Part shown: one piece after another, positions 22,540-35,614 of the stretch | Layout: each line of letters opens with the position of its first letter | Numbering within the stretch: position 1 is the stretch's first letter | From: Emiliania huxleyi CCMP1516 | Lineage: Eukaryota | Assembly: GCF_000372725.1 (NCBI RefSeq) | Contig: NW_005201792.1 | Span: forward strand, 41,452-105,451 | Reading direction: 5' to 3' | Length of the DNA stretch: 64,000 nucleotides | Notes under the pieces: model-generated | What the model saw: only the letters and a program-made list of their open reading frames with translations | Told to the model about the DNA's origin: nothing | The model's database searches: none | Translations under genes and position numbers: made by a program

Positions 22540-25500
22540 TACCATGTTCAAACTCCGCACTTTAATTCGAACTTTCTCGCCTCGGCTCGTGGGGCTCGGG
22601 AGTAGTCAAGCAGGTGTGCGGGGTGGGCGGGAGGGGGCCTGGGAGCATTTTTTTGCATTTCCGAGGCGAGCGTGGGCCGTGGTGGGCCCCTCCGGGCCTC
22701 TCTCAGCAGCACGGAAAGTAGCGCGCGACAGAGCGCTGTTCTCGGCCCCCTGAGCGTATTGGGACGAGCCAGACTAGCATGCACATCGCCTTGGCACGTA
22801 GGACGCACGACTTACCCACGCACACCCCGGTGACAATCTTGGAAATCTCCCGACAATCTCCCCAAATCTCCTCCCGCTCTCGCGAGTAGCGCGGCGCAGC
22901 GGGGCGCGTTGATGTCGATGAATGCAGTGTGGACTCCTTTTCGACACTCTCTAGCACCGGTGAACACACAGGCGTTGCTTCCGAGGTGGTAAAAATCTGT
23001 GAATGCCCGCCGAAGTTGTCGCGGTTTTCCGACTTGTCTCGTGCTCGAGCCATGCCGAAAAGAGCGGGCGCAGGCCTGGGACAGCGTCGCAAAAGCGGCC
23101 AAGGAGTCCGTCCCGGCTCCAGGCCAGGACCAGATCGCCGCTCGGTACCGCCAGTTTGCGACTCTGTGCCTGCGCAGTCGTCGCTATCTCACGCTTCCGA
23201 TCTCGTCACAACAGGCGCCCTCGCCGAGTGCAACGTCCTCGCGGCCGCAAAGCCGTGCTGGCTCGCGCAGAGTCGGCGTCGCAAAGAACCTGAGAGCGCC
23301 GCGGCATGCTACGGTTGGCGACGTCCTCGGCGAGGCCATGGAGCTGCATAGCACGAGCGACGAGGGCCGCCGCGACGGGATCTACAACCAGAGAGAGCAC
23401 GGACGCCGAGGATCGCTCTCCCGTGCAGCGCCGCAGCGGCTCGTCGGCGGCTCGTCGGCTGCGGCCTCGAACGGAGATCGCATGGAGGTTGACGAGGAAC
23501 CTCCCTCTCTGAGCAGTGCTCCAGCGGAGCCTGCGCAGCAGCAGCAGCAGCAGCAAGCAAGCGTGCTCACGCTGGTGGCAGACATCGGACGCCTCGAGCT
23601 GGAGGAGGTTGGCCACCGTGCCGCCGCTCGCGAAGCGATTACAGCGACAACCGGGACGCAAACATCAGGCGTGCCGACGCCTCGCGAGCTGCGTGCCCAA
23701 GCCCGGCTCGACTTGCAAGTCGTAGGGCTGCGCGAGGAGGAGCGGCGGCGGCAGCGGCTGCACGCGGCGGCAACGACGAGGCTCGTTCGAGAACTGGCGC
23801 TGAAGCTCTCGAACCCGCTGCGACACTTTGGCGGGGGTGCATTCATTCAGTTGATGATGTGCGAATTCGTCATGCGGCCAGAGGTACAGGGCCGCTCCGG
23901 CCGCTCCCTCGGCGTAGCGTTTCGCTCGCAGCTGCTGCTGGTGTACGAGCCCAGCGACGTGCCGACGCTCCCGGGCCTCTACAGCCTCGACGTCTTGCAG
24001 GCGTCGCTCAACACTCCGCTGTTGCAGCGGGCCGCCCTGCAGGCGATCGACGACGTGAAGCTCTTCTCGCTCCACCTGCCCGGCGTGCTCGGCAAGGTGG
24101 AGCCGACAGAGGCCGACTCGCTCCTCGGCCTGTGGCAGCGCGCGGCGGAGGTGCGGGCAGCGGAGGCGCGCCGGCCGCAGCGCGGCCGGCCACGCCATCG
24201 CATCGAGTTCGCGCTGCGTCAAAACATGACGGGTAATCGTTACTCGGCCGCCCTGCGCAAGGCCGTGTACTTGTACCGCCACAAAAGCGGTACGGAGCGC
24301 TCAATCTCGATGCGCGGCGCTGCGTCGCTCGCTCGGGATGGCGCCACGCTCCTGTTCGACATCTCGGACGACGATATCGCACGCGTGCATAACATCATTG
24401 TGCATAACATGCAGGACCTCTCACCGTGGGCCGACAGCCAGGACGTGCAGGCGAGGGCGCCGATCTCGGGGATGACGATTCGCGCCGGATCGCTCTTCAA
24501 CCGCTTCAAATCGGGAGCCCCCACCGGGTGGGTGGCGAAGCTGTTCGCGGGCGAGGCACCGACGGAGCGCAAGCTGGTCATGCAGCGCTTTACCGACGGC
24601 AGCGAGTTTGGCGGGCACTGGCACCAGCTCCTCTTCTTCGTCGACCAGAGACGGGTGCTCTACCACGAGCCCTATGGCGGCGCAATCGACTCGGGCATCG
24701 CGTCTTGCTTCCACCGGAGCCCCGGGCCTGCCGCCGGCTGGGCGCTGGAGGTGGTGGATGTGCAGCTGCAGTCTTGCACTCACGAGTGCGCGCTCTGGGT
24801 GGACTTTGTCGCGGAGGTGGCTGTCGACTACGTGAGGAGCGACCTGACTCGCTCCTTCAGCGAGTACCTTCGCGGGTGCGCTCTCCCTGTGTGTGTGTGT
24901 GCATGCCTGCGATAAGGCTGACCGGTGTCGCGCCGCCCCCGCAGGCGTGAGGAGATCACCCCGCTCAACGGCATGCGGCGGACTTGCACGGCGATGAAGA
25001 CGGCGAAGGCAAAAAACAACGCCTTCGTCGCACAGCGCCGAAACGACGTGCGCACGCTGTTACGTCTAGCCTATGTCCAGCGCCAACTGCCGCACACAGG
25101 CTCCGCAACGCTGACCGCCTTTGGCGCAGCGGCGGAGCAGGAGCCTGCCGAGGACACAGACTCGGACTTTGAGATGTTGACCTAGACCGACGTGTGATTC
25201 AGATAGTTGTCTTCAGATGTGTGTGTGATTCAGATGTGTGTGCGTGTGATTTTCGGCACGGGTATAGATTAGAAGGAACGTATCGTCACACACACCCTCT
25301 TTGAGAGAGGGACACAGCGTGGTGCCACAGTAGCGGGCGCTTCTACAGAGGCAACCGGTCCGAGGGCGAGCGTTTCGCTCGCCCTGATGCGCATGAGCGA
25401 CGTGGAAGCTCTCGACCGGCGCAGATGCCACGGGCGACACCAATCCCAGCCTCAAAAGGCGAGGAGGGCTGGTGGAGTGCCCAGACGGCAGTGGCTTCCG

Positions 25501-26027
25501 AAGAACTTTTTGCGGGTGACGCAAAGGATCCGAGGAGAGAGCACCTCGGCTGCCGGCGAGGCATCCGCCCCGCGCCCACACATCTGATGGAAAGTGCGAT
25601 GAAGCGGTGGCGGCAGGCTAGCCACCGGTGGGGCACACGGAGCGATATGGCGTTCGGCTGCGATTTGAGTGCAACCGGGTGACGCATCTCCTCCACAGAG
25701 ACGCGGGGACGGCGTGCCTGCGAGGCGCCCGATATGCGCCAACGGACCCAATGGAAAGTGCGAAGCGAGCACTCGACGGCTCGCAGCCTGTGGACGGAGC
25801 ACGAGAGCTCGAACCTCGCACTCGCGTGCAAAATCGGCACCTCGGAGCGCCATTTTCACACCGCATTCGAGCCCATGAAAACAACAATGTACCCCAAGCA
25901 GCACGATCACGCCTCGCACCGGTGCGGTGGTGCCGGGCGGCTCTAGGGGGTCAGGCTGGCTGCATGGCACCACCCGTAGCCCGTTTTGCTGCCCTGGCAT
26001 CACCCGGAGGGGGGATTGAACATAGTA
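22540..26027 (+). mobile_element. 3.5-kb TIR DNA transposon carrying a Ulp1-like protease gene, copy 1
   Basis: Ends TACCATGTTCAA / TTGAACATAGTA. Flanks AGCGGCCC / AGCGGCCA (7/8 TSD). Splits an R1 tail (22503-22539 + 26028-26118). Confidence 0.8.
23338..25185 (+). CDS. Transposon-borne protein with C-terminal Ulp1/peptidase C48-like (clan CE) domain
   Basis: GHWHQLLFFVDQRRVLYHEPYG and QSCTHECALWV give His, acidic residue, Gln and Cys in catalytic order. Intron 24876-24944. Frame is open from 22999. Confidence 0.7.
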
Positions 26028-26653
26028 AGCGGCCAAGGGAGGGATGGGAGGACGGCACGCCGCCACCACACAGGGATTTTAAGGAGAGGTGTGTGATGCG
26101 CTAGCCGTCGCCCACCCTGTATATGGGTTATGGCCAGCACTCGCTTTTTTTTTCGCGCTCCACCTCCAGCCCTGCGGGTCTTCAGTAGTACTGGAGCACT
26201 TGGAGCACTTGGAGTGCAGTCGGTAACCTCACATCCAGGGCCGGTGAGCTGAGAAGCGCATCCAGCGGGCCGGATGATCGGGATCGGGCTACGGGCTAGA
26301 GAGCCCTGACCCCTAGCTAGGGGGGTGCGCATTCGCAGGGCAAGGGCCTTAAAGTAAACACGGGTCTCCGAGGGTTAGTTCTGCGCTTTGGGTGTCCCCT
26401 AGCGGCGGAACGCCCCCTCTACTCGGAGCTAGTAAACACCAGACACTAGACACGAGCATGACGTACACTCTCACCCGACATCGCCACTCAGGGCTCCTCC
26501 GCCCGATCTCCCCACCCCCCATCCGAGGGGGCTCCCCTCTCCTCCCGGTCCTCCCTCCTGTTCGATTTCCGATGGTTCGGCGTCGGCTGCGGAGCCCGCC
26601 TTCCCCTCTTATACTTCTTCGACCGCGTCACTCGCCGCCGTCTCGTCTTCGGG

Positions 26654-26753
26654 NNNNNNNNNNNNNNNNNNNNNNNNNNNNNNNNNNNNNNNNNNNNNNN
26701 NNNNNNNNNNNNNNNNNNNNNNNNNNNNNNNNNNNNNNNNNNNNNNNNNNNNN
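26654..26753. other. Assembly gap (100 N)
   Basis: Run of N. Confidence 1.
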
Positions 26754-27748
26754 GGCGACACACGCTTCCGGGAGAGCAAGCGTAAGCTGCTTCGGCGCCC
26801 ACTCAACACCGCGGCAGAGGTCAACTCACACACGCACATGGTCATCATGTCAAAGGCGGAGAAGCAAGCGTACACGCAGCGCAACCTGTCCAAACAGACT
26901 GGAAAGCAGACCGGCAACAAACTGCCGCGGGGGGGGGGAACGAGCAGACCAAGATGTTCAACGGTGCCCCGGCCGGTTTCGAGGATGGAGGGCGAACCGC
27001 ACAGGAGTGCTATGAGTTCGCGCGGTCAACTTGGAAGGAGCTCGCACCCAGGTGGGCAGAGAAGATCAAGCCTCTCCTTGAGCAGGCCGTCAAGGAGTGG
27101 TAGGTAGTAGCGAAGAGTGGAGAGTACTCTGGTTTACCTCTTGTTTAGCAGAATGCTCACACGTAAAAAGACATGCAAAAGGGGGGAGCAGGACGGTGGC
27201 ACGGCTCGGCTTTTCTTGCCCTCATGCAGTGCGGGTCGCGAGTCGGCTCACTGAGGGATACACTCTGTCCGGATGACCGCCGCGCCGGACCACGGCGGCG
27301 ACGCGAGGGTGACGACAGGACAAGACGCCGACCAGTACTGCCGAGCCGGGGAGACTCCGCAGCGTGCAACTGCAGGCAACAGGAAGGCAGCGACGGGAGT
27401 GCGGTGGCTGCGATTGCAAGCAGCCGAAGCGTCGAAGCCACAGCGCTGTGCTGTCACAGTGTCGAAACGCCAGCGGAGGATGACGAGAGGAGACACAAAC
27501 CTCAGCGCCTGTCCCGACACACAAAGATCCACGAAGGCGCGCTTCTGATTCCTTCGATGTGCGGCGAATCCTCAGAGCACAGTGTCGTTCTTGGCAGCGG
27601 CACGTCGTGACACTGGCTGGCGCTGTGGGCGTCGGTGAAAGAGCGGCGAAGACGTGTCGATCGACTCGCGTGATCAACCGCATCACTGGCGTGAAGATGA
27701 GGTCGGATTCTGGCACCATCGCTTGAGACTTGCCCCAAATGCTAATGG

Positions 27749-27999
27749 GGATATTTGGCTTAGGAAATTGTCTCAGGATATTTGGCTTAGGAAATTGTCT
27801 CAGGATATTTGGCTTAGGAAATTGTCTCAGGATATTTGGCTTAGGATATTCCCTCAGGATATTTGTGCTTAGGATGGTCTCAGGATATTTGGCTTAGGAA
27901 ATTTTCTCAGGATATTTTCTCAGGATTGGTCTCAGGACATAATCTCAGGATATTTGCTTAGGATATGGTCTCAGGATATTTGGCTTAGGATATTTGGCT
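27749..27999 (+). repeat. 27-bp tandem array GGATATTTGGCTTAGGAAATTGTCTCA, decaying rightwards
   Basis: Three perfect units, then degenerate half-units built on CT(T/C)AGGA. Confidence 0.9.
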
Positions 28000-28480
28000 G
28001 ACGGTCCAGGCCACCCTCAGGGATGCCTAGATCTGAGGGCAGAAGAGAGAAGATTGAGTGCACACAAAAAGCAGACTAACCCCAGCTTCTCCGGCTGAAT
28101 CATCTCTCGAGGTCTCGAGGTTGGAATCATTTCACTTTTTCGCACCCTTTGCTGCCACTCATAAAATCGTTGGGTCGTGAAGAGGACTGCTGGCGCAGTG
28201 GCAGACATGGGGAAGGGTCTCTCGTACTCTGGGCCGCAGTGGCAACCATGTGTGGGGAAGGGATTCGAAGGGTGTCGCGAGGGTACACTCGAGAATTTAC
28301 AACTCTCGGAGTGTACACTCTCTTCACAGCAACGGACGAGACAGTGACAGCTGACACAAGGTTTCACCCCACACCCCACAGGCCACACCCGTCGGTGTGT
28401 TCGTGTATACTCTTACAGACAAAACACTCATTGATTCACTGAACATATATACATTATACTACACAGGTACGACAAAACAA

Positions 28481-31400
28481 TACCATGTTCAAACTCCGCA
28501 CTTTAATTCGAACTTTCTCGCCTCGGCTCGTGGGGCTCGGGAGTAGTCAAGCAGGTGTGCGGGGTGGGCGGGAGGGGGCCTGGGAGCATTTTTTTGCATT
28601 TCCGAGGCGAGCGTGGGCCGTGGTGGGCCCCTCCGGGCCTCTCTCAGCAGCACGGAAAGTAGCGCGCGACAGAGCGCTGTTCTCGGCCCCCTGAGCGTAT
28701 TGGGACGAGCCAGACTAGCATGCACATCGCCTTGGCACGTAGGACGCACGACTTACCCACGCACACCCCGGTGACAATCTTGGAAATCTCCCGACAATCT
28801 CCCCAAATCTCCTCCCGCTCTCGCGAGTAGCGCGGCGCAGCGGGGCGCGTTGATGTCGATGAATGCAGTGTGGACTCCTTTTCGACACTCTCTAGCACCG
28901 GTGAACACACAGGCGTTGCTTCCGAGGTGGTAAAAATCTGTGAATGCCCGCCGAAGTTGTCGCGGTTTTCCGACTTGTCTCGTGCTCGAGCCATGCCGAA
29001 AAGAGCGGGCGCAGGCCTGGGACAGCGTCGCAAAAGCGGCCAAGGAGTCCGTCCCGGCTCCAGGCCAGGACCAGATCGCCGCTCGGTACCGCCAGTTTGC
29101 GACTCTGTGCCTGCGCAGTCGTCGCTATCTCACGCTTCCGATCTCGTCACAACAGGCGCCCTCGCCGAGTGCAACGTCCTCGCGGCCGCAAAGCCGTGCT
29201 GGCTCGCGCAGAGTCGGCGTCGCAAAGAACCTGAGAGCGCCGCGGCATGCTTCGGTTGGCGACGTCCTCGGCGAGGCCATGGAGCTGCATAGCACGAGCG
29301 ACGAGGGCCGCCGCGACGGGATCTACAACCAGAGAGAGCACGGACGCCGAGGATCGCTCTCCCGTGCAGCGCCGCAGCGGCTCGTCGGCGGCTCGTCGGC
29401 TGCGGCCTCGAACGGAGATCGCATGGAGGTTGACGAGGAACCTCCCTCTCTGAGCAGTGCTCCAGCGGAGCCTGCGCAGCAGCAGCAGCAGCAGCAAGCA
29501 AGCGTGCTCACGCTGGTGGCAGACATCGGACGCCTCGAGCTGGAGGAGGTTGGCCACCGTGCCGCCGCTCGCGAAGCGATTACAGCGACAACCGGGACGC
29601 AAACATCAGGCGTGCCGACGCCTCGCGAGCTGCGTGCCCAAGCCCGGCTCGACTTGCAAGTCGTAGGGCTGCGCGAGGAGGAGCGGCGGCGGCAGCGGCT
29701 GCACGCGGCGGCAACGACGAGGCTCGTTCGAGAACTGGCGCTGAAGCTCTCGAACCCGCTGCGACACTTTGGCGGGGGTGCATTCATTCAGTTGATGATG
29801 TGCGAATTCGTCATGCGGCCAGAGGTACAGGGCCGCTCCGGCCGCTCCCTCGGCGTAGCGTTTCGCTCGCAGCTGCTGCTGGTGTACGAGCCCAGCGACG
29901 TGCCGACGCTCCCGGGCCTCTACAGCCTCGACGTCTTGCAGGCGTCGCTCAACACTCCGCTGTTGCAGCGGGCCGCCCTGCAGGCGATCGACGACGTGAA
30001 GCTCTTCTCGCTCCACCTGCCCGGCGTGCTCGGCAAGGTGGAGCCGACAGAGGCCGACTCGCTCCTCGGCCTGTGGCAGCGCGCGGCGGAGGTGCGGGCA
30101 GCGGAGGCGCGCCGGCCGCAGCGCGGCCGGCCACGCCATCGCATCGAGTTCGCGCTGCGTCAAAACATGACGGGTAATCGTTACTCGGCCGCCCTGCGCA
30201 AGGCCGTGTACTTGTACCGCCACAAAAGCGGTACGGAGCGCTCAATCTCGATGCGCGGCGCTGCGTCGCTCGCTCGGGATGGCGCCACGCTCCTGTTCGA
30301 CATCTCGGACGACGATATCGCACGCGTGCATAACATCATTGTGCATAACATGCAGGACCTCTCACCGTGGGCCGACAGCCAGGACGTGCAGGCGAGGGCG
30401 CCGATCTCGGGGATGACGATTCGCGCCGGATCGCTCTTCAACCGCTTCAAATCGGGAGCCCCCACCGGGTGGGTGGCGAAGCTGTTCGCGGGCGAGGCAC
30501 CGACGGAGCGCAAGCTGGTCATGCAGCGCTTTACCGACGGCAGCGAGTTTGGCGGGCACTGGCACCAGCTCCTCTTCTTCGTCGACCAGAGACGGGTGCT
30601 CTACCACGAGCCCTATGGCGGCGCAATCGACTCGGGCATCGCGTCTTGCTTCCACCGGAGCCCCGGGCCTGCCGCCGGCTGGGCGCTGGAGGTGGTGGAT
30701 GTGCAGCTGCAGTCTTGCACTCACGAGTGCGCGCTCTGGGTGGACTTTGTCGCGGAGGTGGCTGTCGACTACGTGAGGAGCGACCTGACTCGCTCCTTCA
30801 GCGAGTACCTTCGCGGGTGCGCTCTCCCTGTGTGTGTGTGTGCATGCCTGCGATAAGGCTGACCGGTGTCGCGCCGCCCCCGCAGGCGTGAGGAGATCAC
30901 CCCGCTCAACGGCATGCGGCGGACTTGCACGGCGATGAAGACGGCGAAGGCAAAAAACAACGCCTTCGTCGCACAGCGCCGAAACGACGTGCGCACGCTG
31001 TTACGTCTAGCCTATGTCCAGCGCCAACTGCCGCACACAGGCTCCGCAACGCTGACCGCCTTTGGCGCAGCGGCGGAGCAGGAGCCTGCCGAGGACACAG
31101 ACTCGGACTTTGAGATGTTGACCTAGACCGACGTGTGATTCAGATAGTTGTCTTCAGATGTGTGTGTGATTCAGATGTGTGTGCGTGTGATTTTCGGCAC
31201 GGGTATAGATTAGAAGGAACGTATCGTCACACACACCCTCTTTGAGAGAGGGACACAGCGTGGTGCCACAGTAGCGGGCGCTTCTACAGAGGCAACCGGT
31301 CCGAGGGCGAGCGTTTCGCTCGCCCTGATGCGCATGAGCGACGTGGAAGCTCTCGACCGGCGCAGATGCCACGGGCGACACCAATCCCAGCCTCAAAAGG

Positions 31401-31968
31401 CGAGGAGGGCTGGTGGAGTGCCCAGACGGCAGTGGCTTCCGAAGAACTTTTTGCGGGTGACGCAAAGGATCCGAGGAGAGAGCACCTCGGCTGCCGGCGA
31501 GGCATCCGCCCCGCGCCCACACATCTGATGGAAAGTGCGATGAAGCGGTGGCGGCAGGCTAGCCACCGGTGGGGCACACGGAGCGATATGGCGTTCGGCT
31601 GCGATTTGAGTGCAACCGGGTGACGCATCTCCTCCACAGAGACGCGGGGACGGCGTGCCTGCGAGGCGCCCGATATGCGCCAACGGACCCAATGGAAAGT
31701 GCGAAGCGAGCACTCGACGGCTCGCAGCCTGTGGACGGAGCACGAGAGCTCGAACCTCGCACTCGCGTGCAAAATCGGCACCTCGGAGCGCCATTTTCAC
31801 ACCGCATTCGAGCCCATGAAAACAACAATGTACCCCAAGCAGCACGATCACGCCTCGCACCGGTGCGGTGGTGCCGGGCGGCTCTAGGGGGTCAGGCTGG
31901 CTGCATGGCACCACCCGTAGCCCGTTTTGCTGCCCTGGCATCACCCGGAGGGGGGATTGAACATAGTA
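28481..31968 (+). mobile_element. 3.5-kb Ulp1-carrying TIR element, copy 2
   Basis: Virtually identical to copy 1 (offset 5941). Different left flank, same right flank up to about 32594. Confidence 0.8.
29279..31126 (+). CDS. Ulp1-like protease-domain protein, copy 2
   Basis: Same as 23338-25185; the one amino-acid difference (ATVG/ASVG) lies upstream of this ATG. Confidence 0.7.
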
Positions 31969-33224
31969 AGCGGCCAAGGGAGGGATGGGAGGACGGCACG
32001 CCGCCACCACACAGGGATTTTAAGGAGAGGTGTGTGATGCGCTAGCCGTCGCCCACCCTGTATATGGGTTATGGCCAGCACTCGCTTTTTTTTTCGCGCT
32101 CCACCTCCAGCCCTGCGGGTCTTCAGTAGTACTGGAGCACTTGGAGCACTTGGAGTGCAGTCGGTAACCTCACATCCAGGGCCGGTGAGCTGAGAAGCGC
32201 ATCCAGCGGGCCGGATGATCGGGATCGGGCTACGGGCTAGAGAGCCCTGACCCCTAGCTAGGGGGGTGCGCATTCGCAGGGCAAGGGCCTTAAAGTAAAC
32301 ACGGGTCTCCGAGGGTTAGTTCTGCGCTTTGGGTGTCCCCTAGCGGCGGAACGCCCCCTCTACTCGGAGCTAGTAAACACCAGACACTAGACACGAGCAT
32401 GACGTACACTCTCACCCGACATCGCCACTCAGGGCTCCTCCGCCCGATCTCCCCACCCCCCATCCGAGGGGGCTCCCCTCTCCTCCCGGTCCTCCCTCCT
32501 GTTCGATTTCCGATGGTTCGGCGTCGGCTGCGGAGCCCGCCTTCCCCTCTTATACTTCTTCGACCGCGGCCTCGCCGCCGTCTCGTCTTCGGGGGCTATT
32601 CTTGTTGCCTCCGTCTCCGGCGATCCCGTGCCCGACTCCTCGGGCGAGGGCGGCGGCATTCGATCGCCACGCCGCCCCTCCCCGGGGGGTGGGGCCAGCT
32701 CTCTTCGGTCGATGACTCGCGCCCGCCCCCGCGGTCTCTCTATCGTCCTCGGCTCGTCCGTCCGTCCCGACTCTACTCGCAGAGGCCGCGTCAGCTCGTC
32801 TCTCGCCTCCTCCGACAGCTGACCCCAGGCCCCCCCCGGGGCCCTCCGGTCTCGGCCCTCCGGCTCGCCGGCGGGTTCGTTGTTGTGTTGCGGCAACTCC
32901 CCCCTCCCAGCTCCTTCGCCCGGGTACGCCAGCCTCCGGCGGGGCGGTTCCGGATCCCCCAGGTTATTCCGAGCGGGTCCACACGGTGGCGGCCCCGCCG
33001 GCGGCAGGGGTGGAGGCGGTGGCAAGGGCGGCGGGTATGGTGGCGGCCCTTGCGGTCCAAACGCCTGGTGTGGAGCCGCTGGGGCGGCCCCACGACCCTG
33101 CAGCCGTCCCAGTGGCGGGGGCGGAAGTGGCAGTGTGGGTGGCGGAAACGATGGCAGCACTGGCGGCTGCACCGCTTGGTGTGGAACCTCAGGGGCGGCT
33201 CCTCGACTCAGCGGTCGCTCCGTA

Positions 33225-33796
33225 CTGGGCTGGGTTTTTAGGCATTGTGGGGTTGGCACTCCCATCGACCCTCATGACCTCCTGCGGTCTCTGAGATGGA
33301 CACCAGTGGGTGTGGGACCACAGCCAGGATACACTCGAAGGCTGGGTAAGCAGTAGAGGTCGATACTCGACGCGTCCCACATGATCTGTGTCGCTGTCGG
33401 CACGCTGTCGACAGGACGTCGAGCGACACCGGTGGCAGTGCCACCCAGGAGTGGTCGGGCGGTCTCCCGTCATGAGAGAGCCACCATGTGATCCGTATGA
33501 TGATTCCTGACAACCGCCTCAGTCAACTTTCGTCACAGTTCCCGCTCTGAGAGGAGCTGCGGGTCAGTTCGACAGCTGGAGCTGTGTCGCCGGCGTGCGG
33601 CGGCCTGCCTCCGGAGGTGCCTCTGAGGTGGACATTTTTTGGTCACCGTGAGAGAACGCGTTCGAATTTTTACTCCGGAACTTCAACTCTGCACGCGCAC
33701 CGGCCAGGGCTACAACAGCGCCAGTGAGGCGGAGGCGCGGCCGCGACCGTCAAGTGTTCCCGTCATTTTCCTACAAGCGCTGTGAACCCAGCCACG
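33225..33796. mobile_element. TA-flanked MITE, copy 2
   Basis: Homologous to 2181-2777; TA at 33223-33224 and 33797-33798. Confidence 0.8.
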
Positions 33797-35486
33797 TAGG
33801 ACACCGGAGGGCTACGAAGCCTTCAGCTTCACACTCCAAGGCGCAAGGGGCTGGGCAATGGCTGCTTGAGTCTCACGTTGACGGAGAGAGATGTTCACGC
33901 AATATACTAGCCCTGCTCTAGAGGGAATCTTTCACAATATCGCAACCGCGATACCGCGCGATATTTGGCGATAAAATGCGATAAATGGCGATGTTGTGCG
34001 ATGCCCGATGCTCGCGATCACGCGCGTCCGAACCACCGCGTGTCCCGGTCCACCGTGTCCCTCCCTCCATTCACACTCTCCCAGTCCTTTCTGGTCTAGT
34101 GCCCGTCTTCTCCGCCCGCCGTCGGGCCGATTCCCCTCTTTCGTCCTTTAGACGTTTCACCTACTGTTGTAGCCTAAAGTCTGTGCAGGTTGCGGAGGAC
34201 ACGATCCCGGCGTGAACACGACTAACTGACGTATCTGCTCCTGACAGTGGCACGCACCGCGCTGTGGCGCGTGCCACTGTCTTTGTTTGAAGTTAAAAGT
34301 CGAATCAGAGCGGCGTCGGCGCTGTCCTCCATTTTCATCCCACGGACCGCCCGTCCGGCACCGCTCCGGGACGCACGCCGGCGAAGCACCATCAAGCTGC
34401 TGTACGGCCCTGGCATCGCCTTCCCAGGCTTAGCTAGACTGAGAGATATTGTGCACATGGTTGGTCTCTACAATATATACACTGACACTTTACCTCCCAG
34501 AGCTCTGTGCATTGTATGGCTTGTGTGGCGCCGACTCCGAGGGCGCGGTCAGCACCGCGCCGGATCTCTTCTGAGAGCCGGCGCGGATCGCGGATGCGGC
34601 TCAAGGCTCTGCCGGCGGGTCTGTGGCCTGGCGCCTGCCAGACTGCGGGTCCAAAGTACCCCGGCGCTCGCGCGCGCCACCGCCCCCGGCGCGGGGTGGG
34701 ATGTCAGTGCGTGAGTCCTGTGTCCCCGTCCCTGTGCTCCACCTTCTTCTCCCGTGTCAGTCCCTGAGAACCCCACTACATAGCGCCACCTCGTGAGCTG
34801 TCCTGTGAGCTGTGTGCTGTGTGTCCAGCAGTCCGGACCCGGTGCTACGGCCGGTGACTGTGCCTCGTGCCAGCTCCCGAGCCAATCGTGTGCAGCGTGT
34901 GTGTGCGTGTGGGCCCGTCCTCCATGCTAGGAGGCGTGTAACACTGACTGATTGACTGTGGCGCAGTGGCGGGGTTGCGGTTGAGCGTTGAGGCGCCAAA
35001 CTCATCAATTTACAGCAACTACCTTTTACAACTTTGACAGAAAGAAAAAGAAAGATCGCAAACCCTCAAACGGACCCCGCGGGCTCCGCGCCGGGGCCCC
35101 GGGGCGTGCGAGCCCCACCCCAGCTCTGCTTCAGGCATCAGAGGGTACAGGGAACAGGGTGGGAGGCTTAGGCTCGAGGGCTTAGGTTAGCGCGGAGTGA
35201 GAGAGTGTCCACACAGGGATTTTAAGGAGAGGAGTGTGTGCTAGCCTCGCCCACAGCGGATTGTTCCAACCAAGCCGCGGTCGATTCTTCTTCCTGCGAT
35301 TGCCGCCAAAAAAGAAATTCTTCATGCTCCCTCAGGCGAACTTCTCTCGAGGCCAATGTGCATTGTCTTCGCCGCCGCGCCGCCTCGCCGCCTCCACCAC
35401 CGCCGCTCGCCTCGCCGAACACGCCGCCGCCCCCGCGCCCGCCCGCCTCCTCGACCTCTCCACGGAGCTCCTCGCTCGCGGCGCGC

Positions 35487-35614
35487 CCTGTTACGTGTTA
35501 GACCTAAAGGTTGGCGCTTCGACCAACTATAGTATACTCTATAGGCCACCTTTTGCGCGCAAAAGGTGGCCTACAGTTGGTCGAAGCGCCGACCTTTAGG
35601 TCTAACAAAACAGG
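35487..35614. repeat. ~125-bp near-perfect palindrome
   Basis: Arms TGTTAGACCTAAAGGTTGGCGCTTCGACCAACT / AGTTGGTCGAAGCGCCGACCTTTAGGTCTAACA around the perfect core TAGGCCACCTTTTGCGCGCAAAAGGTGGCCTA. Confidence 0.9.

Noticed and set aside
27749..27999. CRISPR-like array
   Set aside because: Units are contiguous with no unique spacers, and there are no cas genes.
22540..33796. Fanzor/TnpB system
   Set aside because: No RuvC or zinc-finger motifs in any ORF; the element protein is protease-like.
33920..35200. Transposon suggested by GCGATA repeats at 33938-34020
   Set aside because: No matching opposite end or TSD located.
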